Assembly (NCBI RefSeq): GCF_006345805.1 | Contig: NC_043004.1 | Location: forward strand, 61,008,001 to 61,072,000 | Direction: 5' to 3' | Length of the DNA: 64,000 nt | Source of the DNA: Octopus sinensis | Lineage: Eukaryota | Shown here: positions 1 to 12,960 of the stretch, one piece after another | Numbering within the stretch: the first letter of the stretch is position 1 | How the letters are laid out: the number at the start of each line of letters is the position of its first letter | Program-made: the position numbers and the translations under genes | The notes under the pieces: model-generated | The model's database searches: none | Told to the model about the DNA's origin: nothing | Seen by the model: only the letters and a program-made list of their open reading frames with translations

Positions 1-445
1 TATTCAAAAGTAGAAAAAATCCTTCACCTAGCCCACTACTGGATAATTTTGAAAAAGACTTATTTGAACTAATAGCCAATGTAAAATTCAAGGAACACCC
101 ACTTAGAAAAAACTTGCATCTGAGGATCTCTCCTCTACCTATACTGGTAATAGAGCCATACCTAATAATCAAGTCACAATTTTGGGAGGCCTTGAAAGAG
201 TAGGTAGATACGCCTGAAGTCTGAAAATAAAGACTTGATCTCGTATAATGTTCCCTCCAACTGTGCCATAACCAGAAACATATATAGGAAATTTATGACA
301 ATTTTAGAAAAACCTTCCCTGCGTCCCATAGATATAATATAATTTTTTCCCGTAAGACAGTTAGAATCTCGTATTATATCCTCCACAATATGGGTACCAT
401 CATAGCAAGGCTAAATAGAAAGAATATGAAATTAGCAAGAGGTGG

Positions 446-486
<41 letters not shown>

Positions 487-1215
487 GTGTCAACACTAAC
501 TTAAGCCCCTACAATGAGAATAATAATGATGAGGTGGGAAATAGAAGCAGCATCTAATATATACATTATAAACTGCAACTCCGAGGTCTATACTAGCACA
601 GAGATTACTGACAAGCCTGTTGATGCTGAGATGAATTTGAATGGTACTACAGTTGAAGGAAGGATAGATAATAACAGGTATGAAAATAACACATTCGATA
701 GTATTAGTAGGATTAATAATAATAATAGTGGTATTAATAATAATAATGATGATATATGTATCAATAGTATTAATAGTAGTAATACTCCTGGTTGCAATTG
801 TAGAGTTAAATCCCAGTGTCCGTTATTAGGCCCATGTCTAATCCAAAACGTAATTTATAAATGCACAATCACAACTGTGGCAGGTAACCTTATATATATA
901 TATATTGGATGTTCGATAAATATGGAATAACGTATCAATAGCCAGTTTACATAATTTAACCTCAAACATAAAGCCAATTGTACGTCCTTATCTAGCAAGA
1001 TTTGGAAACTGAAGAAAAGCGGAATCGAATTTAGCCTTAAATTGGACATAATAAGGAAAGCGCAGCCTTATAGAGATAGTCGATACGGGCGTGAGCTGTG
1101 CTCTATGGAAACTTATGAGATTTTTAAGTATAGGGACAAGAGTAATCTGATTAGTAATAGATTATATCTAAGGGTATCATGCGAACACAGGGTCACCCGT
1201 ACGTTTAAATGTATT
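1..1215 (+). mobile_element. Penelope-like retroelement remnant (C-terminal GIY-YIG type, Neptune/Nematis-like), RT core deleted
   Basis: Frame-broken translations: FKSRKNPSP..LDNF*KDLFELIANVKF (pre-RT N-terminus); YNVPSNCAITRNIYRKFMTILEK/FPASHRYNIIFSRKTVRISY (WFNPP..KHFP..KIFNRNTVKxSY-like); CNCRVKSQCPLLGPCLIQNVIYKC..IYIG (Cys linker plus GIY); TSLSSKIWKLK..IIRKAQPY..ELCSMETYEI..NLISNR..CEH. Confidence 0.85.
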
Positions 1216-2663
1216 TTCGAAATTAGCGTTTATAGGTGCTATACTTGAACTTAGATGGTGGAAATTAATTTTAAGCTTCGTATCTGATGCGAACTTACTC
1301 TCTGTTATTATATATAATAAAATCATAGGATATTGAGTTATATGGTGAATTAAATTGCGTTGCATATGGTGTGATATGTGATGTGCTACATGTAATTACT
1401 ATCCCATGAATAATCCTGCCTAGTTAGTCTGACTTCATCATGTTTTTAGTGATTAAACTATTTGTTCCTTTCTATGATGTTCTACCCTACTGCTCATATT
1501 ATGTATTTTTGTAATGACTTCTATGTAAGTCTCCTAATTATATACTCCCGAGAAACTATAAAATCATGTATGTAATAGGACCGATAACTTTGCAACTATA
1601 AAATACCTCTTCGGTCTGAATACCTCCAACTACCCTCACTACTCCCATACCTATTGCTTCCTATTTCGGGTTATCTTTATCTCTTCCCTACCACAAATTT
1701 TAACAGCCCGTCTCTTTAAATGTAAGTTATATATATTTCTTACTATTCTCTATAAATTCTTATTATTTTGTTTTCTTATTTTGATATCCTTACCTATCAA
1801 TCTCTTATCCCTTATAAGTTGTTACTCTTCTTAAATATAGATATATACTTTCTAGTCTATGCGAGTTGATTATAATATACCCATAATAACGTATAAATAT
1901 TTGTGTATGTTTGCATGCGTGCACATAGATAATTATGAGTGTGTTTATGTAAAAAACATTTATTTTTTTCTGATTTTTAGCTTATAATTAATAAATAGAT
2001 AACATGTTTATCTTTACAGTATTCCATATGTAATTACCCAGAGCAGTCTTTATAGAAACCACCTAATAAGTAAATAATCAAGTACACGAATGAATATATT
2101 TAATTGATTCTATGTAATCCTCCGTTTTTAATGATGAAAATTGGTATATATGCACATTTTATCTATTTTGGTTATGATATCATTTTTGATAATCTAAAAG
2201 TTTATATTTATACAACATAACAATATTGTTTATAAACAATTGTCCATAGTATCCCGTGATAAAATTTCCTCTGTATTAACATCATATGCTTTATTGACGT
2301 CTTGCCCCTTTAACTGGTCATTAACATCTTGATTCGGGTTCTTCACTTACCCAGCCTCCTTTATAGACAGTTACTTTATACTGCTCCTAAAATCTCGACA
2401 ATATTTATAACCATACCTATGAGCTGTCGATGCACTCCTGCCGTCCATTCTGAACAGAGACATTCCTGTAGCCTAAGATTTAGTAGTTGATAAAAAGACT
2501 AATAAATTAAAAAGGAACCACAATCCTTTACAAGCTATGACCCAATAAACTTCATACATTTCTTGTATGAACATGGATTTTTTCTATCTTCTTGCTCTAT
2601 TAGAGTATTTGAGTAAAATTATATTAATGTTTTCGACTGATTAAAATTCTGTTTATTCATTTG

Positions 2664-2749
2664 TGCAGGTGAGGATAGCCCTGAATTTAAATTGATGTAA
2701 TGATTGCATTGTTCAATTAAATGGAGACGCTCGAAACGGTCGTACTGCA
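2664..2749 (+). ncRNA. Degenerate type-I hammerhead ribozyme-like motif, PLE-associated
   Basis: TGCAG-[GTGAGGA]-long hairpin-GCTC-GAAA-CGGTCG-TA-CTGCA. Stem I is a perfect 5 bp, the helix III region is near-palindromic, the cleavage triplet is GUA, and core C3 is changed to G. Confidence 0.6.
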
Positions 2750-2951
2750 TTATTTCTTGATATGGTGTTGCTTATTTTGATTTTATTCATTTTACTTTGA
2801 GCTGTAGGGATAATGCCGCATTAACTTTGTGCTTCATCTTAAGTACCTAATCCAACTGAATCTCAATTATTTCACATATATAAATATGTATGCCTGTGTA
2901 AGTACATATGCATATATGATATATGCATATATGCATATGTATAGATATATA

Positions 2952-2992
<41 letters not shown>

Positions 2993-3053
2993 ATTATGTA
3001 TGTATGCATATTTTAAATTTATTAAATTCCATTTCCCTTTGATATGATTAAAC

Positions 3054-3120
<67 letters not shown>

Positions 3121-3126
3121 ATAACA

Positions 3127-3365
3127 AAGGGTAAAATTAATTAATTAAGAAGTAATCAATAAATGTCACCAAGTAAAATTCGGTATGAAAACAGGACCGC
3201 TAACACGGTAAATTTTAGTAATACTAATTAAAAGGATTCAGCAAAAGAATTGTCTCACCGCATACCGAAGTTCAGAAATAGCAGCCAAAATCTTAGCCAT
3301 TTCTTCTACTTTAAAAAGAGTCTTCCAGAGAACCCAAAATACTTGAAGTTTAATCACACAGGCGG
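3127..3365 (+). repeat. Interspersed repeat, same family as the arms of the 20-kb palindrome
   Basis: Shares AGGGTAAAATTAATTA..TCACCAAGTA..AGAAATAGCAGCCAAAA..TTAGCCATTT..CTACTTTAA with 19984-20170. Confidence 0.65.
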
Positions 3366-4176
3366 AGTACATATATATATATATATGTACGTATGTGTAT
3401 GTGTCGGTATGTGTGTATGTGTGTGTGCGTGTGCGTGTATGTGCATGTGTTTATGTGGGTGTGTATGCAAAGTTTCGTAAGAAGACAAAATATTATGTGA
3501 AGTGCCACTCAATATATTGAAGTCGAGCTTATTTATTCTAAGAAGGTAAACCTTGACAATGACTTCGTAATTTTCATCGGTCGTTGTCTTCGTCTATCAG
3601 ATAATGTCAACGACATTTATGTAACAAAATCTTTGTTAAAACGTTTAAGAAACATGTTAGTCATACGTGTGTGTTTGTGTGCTTCTGTTAGTGTATGAGT
3701 CGATGGGTAAGTGTACTCGCACGTGTGTGGTGTATGTTACTTAACAGTCGTGGTGTGATTGCGTAAAATTAGTTGTGTAAGTAAGAGCAGTGTTTGCATC
3801 TAACTGTATTGAGATATTTTAACTTGCATTGTGCACAATTCACAAATATTTGCAATCCATGCTTACAAAACACCAATATATGCATAGAAGCTGTAATAAT
3901 GAAATCAAACTGAAGGTGTTACGTAATAGAGGCATAATAGCGGCATTTTCTGTTATGTATTACGCTAACAGAAGCGTATGTATTGAGCGATTTCAAATTT
4001 TACCATTTGGCTTGATTTCATTATCACAACTTACAGGACTCGATGCCAATACAAACTAATCAGTCCTGATTCCACATTCGCGGTTACTCTTGCAATGATT
4101 TGGAGTAGTTTGTTAAATTTAACTCGAGTCGAAACTTCTGGCAACCTGCACCGCTTATATATATATATATATGCAT

Positions 4177-4562
4177 ACTCTTTTACACTTTTACTTGTTT
4201 CAGTCATTTGACGGTGGCCATGCTGGAGCACCGCCTTTTGTCGAGCAAATCGACCCCAGGACTTATTCTTTGTAAGCCTAGTACTTATTCTATCGGTCTC
4301 TTTTGCCGAACCGCTAAGTTACAGGGTCGTAAACACACCACCATCGTTTAGCAAGTGATGTTGGGGAGACAAACACAGACACACACACACCACACATACA
4401 TATATACGACAGGTTTCTTTCAGTTTCCGTATACCAAATTCACTCACAAGAATTTGGTCGGCCCGAGGCTATAGTAGAAGACAGTTGCCCAAGGTGGGAC
4501 TGAACCCGGAGCCATGTGGTTCGTAAGCAACCTACTTACCACACACCCATTTCTATGCCTAT
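4177..4562 (-). mobile_element. tRNA-derived SINE family B (CORE-like domain, internal microsatellite)
   Basis: Reverse complement of the family seen at 51318-51736 and 61994-62437. Confidence 0.9.
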
Positions 4563-4570
4563 ACATAAAT

Positions 4571-4792
4571 ATTCAAGGTGGTGCTGAAAATTTCCTTGCT
4601 TTGGGTAAAAGAAGATGCAAGAGGATCTATTAATTATGATTTTATCCAACATATTCCCCTCTGAGATTCTCACACTTATTGCAGCGGTCCTTCAGGTTTT
4701 CGAAGCCCTGTAAAAAAACCCGATATGTTGAGCCTCCAGCCAGGCCTTTAGTGACACCCTTAAAGCCATGATCTTTTCAGCACCTTCTCGTA
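4571..4792. mobile_element. Tc1/mariner-type MITE, about 220 bp
   Basis: Imperfect TIRs GGTGGTGCTGAAAATTTCCTTGCTTT / AAAGCCATGATCTTTTCAGCACC. Related internal sequence recurs at about 57226-57390 and 57640-57810. Confidence 0.6.
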
Positions 4793-5430
4793 TATTTTCA
4801 CCAGAAAAGCATCTGACTAGTGCCAGTATGACAATCCTTTCATAGTATTTGGCAGATAGAAATGCTAATATTTTGCATTTTGAAAGAGGTCATCTGTTAT
4901 ACCGATAAGATCATGTCTCCCAAATCAAAACGGCAAAAATTCACAGATGACAGATTACAAATTTACAACTTGCCTGGAGGCATTATAATTAAATTCATAC
5001 CCAGTAAATAATACTTGAACAATTTAATTATGTTAGTAATTTTCTGAGCGGCAATAGCAAGTACTAGAGTCTTTTGGAAATGAAAGAGAACAGTTAAGCC
5101 ACAATTTGTAACCTACAATCTGTAAGTGAAGCTGTGAAAATATAGGTTTTTCTAACCTTCAACATATACTACTTGCCAATTTGTCATCCAGAGTCTAGCA
5201 ACGGAACTTTTTTTCTTTGTGAGAAATCAGCCTCTAGCTTACAGGAAGAATGCTATAATTAAGTAAGAAATACATCCATAAACACTTACACACACAAACA
5301 CACATATATATTCGTATACACGTATATATATATAGTTAGTTAATCCAAACAAGAAAGCACAAAAAACACAACAACGCAAGGACGTGGAACAAATATAGTA
5401 TTATTGGACGCTCAGTAAAGGAGGAAAGAA

Positions 5431-5464
<34 letters not shown>

Positions 5465-6659
5465 CGCACGGATATAAATTATACATGTACTTGTACATAT
5501 GCATACATATATATGTGTGTGTGTATGTGTATACATACATACATATATATATATATACAGTATACATTAGTAAAATATATGTGTGCGTGTATGCGTTTGT
5601 CTTCATTCTTCTTTATTAGTATGTCGGTAGGGACTCAAAGTCGAGTCAAGATACCCGTATTTACATTGTGACCCTACCAATGGTTTCACTATCACAACAA
5701 ATAAGTATGGTGTATTGTAAAAATTCATCTCTTTTAACAGGGTTTCGTCAGGAGAGAAGAACACTCCTGATTACTTTTTTGCAGTATCCGAGTTTAGTGG
5801 GAAAAATCTAGACGAAAACCCATGGAATTTCTTGAGGTCTGAAATCGTTTTTAAGAAAATACTTAGTACAACGCGGAATGCTTAGAACAACTTAGACTAG
5901 ATAAGTGTTTCCAATGGCTCAAACAGAGTGCTCTCTGTATAAGAAATAGTAAGCAAAGTAGAAGGTGGTATTATTCGGGGTTCCGTTCTGTAGCACCTCT
6001 TTCTGAGACGATGGTTTAAAATCACTTTCAGTCTAATCCACGCTTTTCGTTTTTTCTCTGATTCGCGATAAAAATTACAAAGATATTGGTCGATGTGAGG
6101 CTATGGTAGGATATGCTTGCTAACCACACAGCTATATCTAGGTCTAATGTTTCGTCGCCTATGTTGTCGATGTTTATTCCTTTGAGACTTTTTTTTTTGG
6201 TTCTCTATATGTTTTCTTATTTATAAAATCGGATCAATAAACTAAGAAATATTCAAAACATAAAAGAAAAATACGAAAATCTAATAAAATAAAATGGAGA
6301 CGCACTTGTGTGTATGTATGTGTGAAAGAGAGAGAAGGTGGGAGAGAAAGCAAGAGAAAGAGAGAGACCGAGAGGGAAAGAGAGAGAGATGAAAGGATGT
6401 ATAAGGGAAGGAAATAGACAAACAAATAAATATATAAAAAAAACTAGATTGCCGATTAAATCTGCTCTCTCTCTCTCTCAATCTCCCTCTCTCCCCCTGC
6501 GCTTGTTTGCAATAAACGCACTATATGCGTGTACGTAGGTGTGTGTGTGTGTGTGTGTATCGGGGCTATAAGAATATAGTTACACATTTTATATATAAAA
6601 GACACACATACACTCAAATATATTTACATTACGCACATACACACACATGCACGCACCAC

Positions 6660-6990
<331 letters not shown>

Positions 6991-6997
6991 TATACAT

Positions 6998-7220
6998 GGC
7001 GGCGAGCTGGCAGAAACGTGTAGCGCGAATGCGTAGCCGTATTTTGTCTGTCGTTACGTTCTGAGTTTCAAATTCCGTCGAGGTCGACTTTGCTTTCATC
7101 ATTTTGGGTCGATAAATTAAGTACCAGTTACGCACTGGGGTCGATGTAATCGACTTAATCCGTTTGTCTGTCCTTGTTTGTCCCCTCTGTGTTTAGCCCT
7201 TTGTGGGTAGTAAAGAAATA
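6998..7220 (+). mobile_element. tRNA-derived SINE family A
   Basis: GGCGAGCTGGCAGAA (A-box-like), GAGTTTCAAATTCC (B-box-like), CTTTCATC..GTCGATAAATTAAGTACCAG body, tail ending GTAGTAAAGAAATA. Confidence 0.9.
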
Positions 7221-7992
7221 TATATTTTATACATGGCTATTTACACATCTATATAGCTACGTATATCTACATTCATGTACATTTATATCTGTATGCAATA
7301 TCTATACATATACTCATTTCCTTTACATAAACACACATACGTATACACGCATAGAAACTTACATCTACGCATTATGTCCCCAAACTGTGTTTCTACATAT
7401 ATTGTACATACTTTATTACGCCTCTTTGTTCACTTAAACTGTGGATTGCAGCTTAATTCATTGTGTTTCATAAAGAAATAATTAGAAAAGAAAAATCTAG
7501 GTCATATGTCAAAAGTTAATTAAAAATACAGAGTAAAGTCAAACCAGATAGTTTCATCTATGCCGCAAAATATAAGCCAAAATATTTATTTATTTCTATA
7601 ATTAATTCAATTAAGAGGAAAACTTTCGATTCAATAAAATTTGTGAAAATGACTTTGCTTTATAAATATCTGCGCTAATCAAAATATAATTGAAGAAGAA
7701 TATCAATGCACAAGGCCCGATAACAGAAATGGATTATTTTTTGATTCAATATAGTTTTTTCTTGGTTTCAGGATACATATCTGTAGTGATATACACGAAA
7801 CAGAGACAAGCAAAATCACATATGTAAATGCAATACATAAATACATACATACTTACATACATATATATATATACATATATATATATATATGTATACACAC
7901 ACATTTACATATGCTACATACATATATGCATACATGCATACATATATATACATATGTATATGTATATATATATATGTATATATATTTATATA

Positions 7993-8023
<31 letters not shown>

Positions 8024-8272
8024 GACTGCGCATGTATATATGTACATAACATATGTATATGTGTATATATAGTATATATAAGCCATATATATATAGAATA
8101 TATATATTATATTATATATATATCTATATATATAATTATACATATACATAAATACACACATATACACACACACACAAAGGAGCACGTGAGCACCTGCATC
8201 ACTAATATAGAAGTTAATATACTTGTGCACCACGAATAGTCACAAGCGATGGAGGTGCTCGCGTAGTACCCT

Positions 8273-8345
<73 letters not shown>

Positions 8346-8889
8346 TTTCTGTCTATCAATGGGTCCCATAGACCCATTTCAGTTTTTCTGTTGCTTTTTC
8401 CCACTGTTTATATTATTTGATTCTGCTGATTCTCGTGACTTGTTTTTTCTGACTCTTTTATTTGTCAAATGGCAAATTTTCCGTATGTTTATAAAAGCTA
8501 GAAAATTTCACTTTATACATTAATTACCGTATGGGTTCATTGGATTCTCGAATCAAATTCAGACAATACTCTTGTCATTCTAAACAGAATAAAAGCAGTA
8601 TCAAATATTATTTTCCTAGATATTCAGATATAAAATAGATAAAATTGTTTTCAATTTAGTTACTGAGTTTTAGATAAAACAGGAAAAATAAGGAAAATAT
8701 TCCTGTAAATTTTCGCGGTATTGCATCACTTTCAATCTGCTAGGTTACAGGGTGATTCAGTATTTCCATGTGATGACGCAAGTCTTACAATATATTGCAT
8801 CATCTTTAAGGAGAGTATTAATATGTGAGAGAGCAATATCTGCTTTACACTGCTATCAAGTTTCATATAGTCCAGTTGTGCTTTCCAAT

Positions 8890-9361
8890 ATGCCTAGACG
8901 TGAAAACTTGAGTGAAGACCGAATATCGAAAGGTTACTGGAATTAGATGAAGAATGGGAAGAAGATAGTAGTAATTCCTTCTATTGCTCTGAAGATGGTG
9001 GTGAAAGTGCTGGACATCAGATTATGAAGATACTCATAAACAATTTTCTGCAAGCCATCCAATAATGAGTGAGCAATATGTTTCTAGAGACAGACAAGAT
9101 GTTTGGCATTCTTATCCTCTTACCCAAGCAGCAGTAAGAACTTCATTTTGCAATATTCTCGCCAAGTATGTGGACCATCCTGCCTTGCTAAAAGGTATTG
9201 CGATAGCACTGAAACATGTTTTACTATCTTTATGTGCCAGATTCTTCTTGAAGTAATTCGTAAATGGACAAATTTTGCAGGTCATGTTGTTTACAAAGAT
9301 AAATGGAAGGAAATTGATCACTCTGAACTAAATAAATTTATTGAACTCATTATTCTTATAT
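8890..9361 (+). mobile_element. piggyBac (PGBD-type) transposase N-terminal remnant
   Basis: Acidic N-terminus, then NIL/RQVCGPSCLAKRYCDSTETCFTIFMCQILLEVIRKWTNFAGHVVYKDKWKEIDHSELNKFIELIILI, matching the GP..FxLF..IxxWTN..W..ELxxFIGLLI pattern. Confidence 0.75.
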
Positions 9362-9364
9362 AAT

Positions 9365-9545
9365 GTGAGTTATCAGAGGATGTACAAATTAGTTACAGTT
9401 CAGTTCAGTTCATAATCATTGAATATTTGTGTATGAGGCGTGTATCTTCCAAAACTGCTTTCAGCTGGCCAAAAAGACATTCTAGTTTTAGTTGCACAAA
9501 ATATTCTTGATTGTGTCGAGAACGATGAAAATCTTTTGAAAACTG
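9365..9545 (+). mobile_element. mariner transposase internal fragment
   Basis: ELSEDVQISYSSVQFIIIEYLCMRRVSSK/KLLSAGQKDILVLVAQNILDCVENDENLLKT; ends just before the ITGDETW motif. Confidence 0.75.
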
Positions 9546-9815
9546 TGCGTAGGCCTCGGAGCAGGTATCGCCAAGCTTTGGGGGAAATTTTGATGCAGAT
9601 TCTCTGCTCAACTTCCGCTGCCATTGTCAATGCGACGATCACACGCTTCTCCCGTTACTTCCAAGCACTGCTGTAAACAGCGGAAGTGAGCTAGAACCTT
9701 AAAACTTAATGTGCATGCACAGCAGAATTCATGGTCAATGTGCACCGAGCGTCTTTATTCTGCGAGCTTTAGCTTTATTACTATGACAACAATCCGCATA
9801 CATATTTATCAGACC
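9546..9815 (-). mobile_element. mariner 5' end and N-terminal fragment, inverted relative to the neighbouring fragment
   Basis: MAAEVEQRICIK/..KLGDTCSEAY on the minus strand; TIR-like TA-ACGTGGTCTGATAAAT.. near 9812. Confidence 0.65.
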
Positions 9816-11407
9816 ACGTTATACCTTATTTTATCTTTTCTTTTGTCATTCCATTATACTATTTCTAACTACATTTTAATTATCTTTATAATTCCTATGG
9901 TATTACTTACAAAGTCCCCATCTACCAATTCTATTTTTACTATTATCCATATATTTTTATTGTATCCCCAGTTTTTAATTTTAACCCCTTTTTAAATTGT
10001 AACCTCTTTTTTTTTCATTTTAATTTTTTATCACAATCTTTCTCTTACTTTTACTTTCATGTATTTTTAAAATTATTTTTTTATTGTACACCCTTTATTT
10101 TATTCTTCTTCATCTATTTATTGATAGGATGACCAGTATTATTCAAACCCAACTCCCCGTAGAATCTCAGACTTTGTATCTCTATAGCATTTCCTTCTGG
10201 TAATAAATCAGACACATAAAAAGGCTGTTAAATAAGTAATTATATAAATAACTGGGTTACCTAAAACTCTTGTTGAACTTAGTTGAAAGATAAACGGAAC
10301 TAACTCTATCTTATTTGTAGGGGCGAGATGCTTCTCCGCCCTACCCCCACCTACCCAGTACTTTAACTTCCATCAATACTATAAATCTTAGATACCCACT
10401 ACCCACACACGACATCTTGTTTTCTGTTGTATTACTACCCATCTGAACTAACAAATTCATTCTATGACAAGTAAGGCTTGTAGAATCATGAAGGTGCATA
10501 TGCTATTGATTTTTGAACGTTTCTAAATGTCGTTGCTCATATATATATCTGATGAAAACGGCTTTTTCCTAATGATGTAATGTGTCCATCAATTAATTAC
10601 GAATTCGTTAGAAACAATCGTAGTGAATTATATGGTGGTTTGTCATCGGCAGTCCCTAATCAAGCAAACATATGATCAAATACCTTACAACTGTGACAAT
10701 CCCATCTCATTTTTGTAAGAGTATGTATGGCGAGAAAACTTCGCTTTCTAATGTGCTCCTTTGGTAAATATGTGTATAACCTATTGCAGACGGTGAGACC
10801 ACGTACATATTCTCAGGCTGGCACTTGCTGTAACGTCTCTGTAAATTTGTGTGACAAAGTAAAATTGACAAAACATTGTAAAGAAATAATTATGAAACCA
10901 CCGGTATTATGTTCTAATGAAACGAAACCTATATATGAAAAGATGTCCTCTTAGCTACACATTCTATAAATCCTATACAAAAACATATATGCTATTTATT
11001 CTATAATTTATTACAAACAAAACAGACTATCAGATTTCGATCTATAATAAATAACTAATTAAAAATGTTCTAAGGTAGACTTAAGAAACTGAAAACCATT
11101 TGTTAAATAATTACAAGAGAAGGAACAAAGATGTATAACATAAAGTTACTTTAATTAGAGAATATTTTCTTTCTCGACCTCTCTTCCTCCGCCTTCCTTC
11201 TTTCTACCTATCTCTCCCTCTCTTGGGATGTGTATGTGTTTATGTGTGCATATGTATATATACACACACACACATATAATATGTTTATATATAGGTATGT
11301 ATACAAATCTATAAGTATATATATATATATATATATGTTTATATACATACATATATATACACACACATATATATATGTATGTATATATATATATGTATGT
11401 ATTTATG

Positions 11408-11439
<32 letters not shown>

Positions 11440-12867
11440 CATTATGTATCTATATACTTATATATATGTATGTACTTCAAATATATATTTATATAAATAT
11501 ACATATACACATACACATAAACATATATACAGTCATACACACATATATGTTTTTATTAGCCCAAATTTTATAGCAACAAAACACATCAACAAATCGCAAA
11601 GCATGAACTTTTACAGACAACATTTTGTTGAGGGGTGGGTACTCCAAATACATTTGGGTGATGAGTTTTGCAGAGTTGAACACACTATTTCTCTATATCA
11701 TCTTTTTCTATGGTTTAGCAATGTTGTCCAGATGTGTGATCGTTTTCTATGAAAACTCTCCGGGACTTAAAACACTGGCTTCAACTCTGATATTGCGCAT
11801 GACTCAAGTAATCGTCAACATTAGCTCGTTGTACTTTAAGTTACATCTCAGTAAATTCTTTACCCCATTAGAAAGAAAATTCCATGCAGTCACGTTGCTC
11901 TACCCGTTCCTTCATTACGAACTCCATCAAGTGTATTTACCATACGTTAAAACTTGTACAGGTACGAGCAGATTTTACGAGAACCGCGCCTCATTGAGAC
12001 ATGGTTCATCTTCACGCGAACTGCATTACGAGAATATTCAAGGTAATTTTCCGTTGGCGGGCCATTCACAAAATCCTATGGGCTGCAGTTTTCCCATGAT
12101 ACTCATGGCTCTAGCACATATTTGTTAGTTATCTATCTATATGACTAACAAATATTATGTGTTTACAAATAGTCTAAAGGCTAAGGTCATCCACACGCAA
12201 CACTGAACTCTCGAACACACTGCTCTGGAAGGAAGTTGTCTTGTTATGAAAGTTTGGTTTATTTCGGATTGTCATTGTATATAACAATACACACATACAC
12301 AAACACACACAAGAACACACACATAGGCACAGGCACGAAAACACACTCATACACACACATAGAGGCACACTCACACATACACACACATAGAGGCTTACTC
12401 ACACACGCATGCACACTCACAATGTTTGTGTATTTATATTTGGAACGTATGTTTATGCGATGTTTCATTTTGTTTGAGTGTAGATCAAAGGAAAGTTTAT
12501 AAATATGACAATAATGAAATAGCATTTTGTCCTTTAATGAGCATCGCTAAATGTACATTAATTTTATAATTTATCACCACTTGTTTAGTAAACTCAAAGA
12601 CAAGTGTTGTTGCTAAGCTCACCCTCTATATTCTATACATGCAGAGGTACATACGCACATGTGTATGTGCATGTGTGATTATTTGTTTGTTTGCGTTTGT
12701 GTGTGTGTGTGTGAGCATGTGTGTCTGGTTTTATATTTTTACTTTCTCGACAAATGAGAAAGAGCTGGTTTCTACCCCAGAAACAATGTTCTCTCAATGA
12801 AATTTTGACACCCGCTGGGAAGTCATTTGTGAATGTATATATATTTGAATGTGTTAATATGTGCGTG

Positions 12868-12927
12868 TATGTATGTATGTATGTATGTATGTATGTATGT
12901 ATGTATGTATGTATGTATGTATGTATG

Positions 12928-12960
<33 letters not shown>
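12868..12960. repeat. (TATG)n microsatellite; others at 26545-26585 and 26700-26800
   Basis: Direct reading. Confidence 0.95.
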
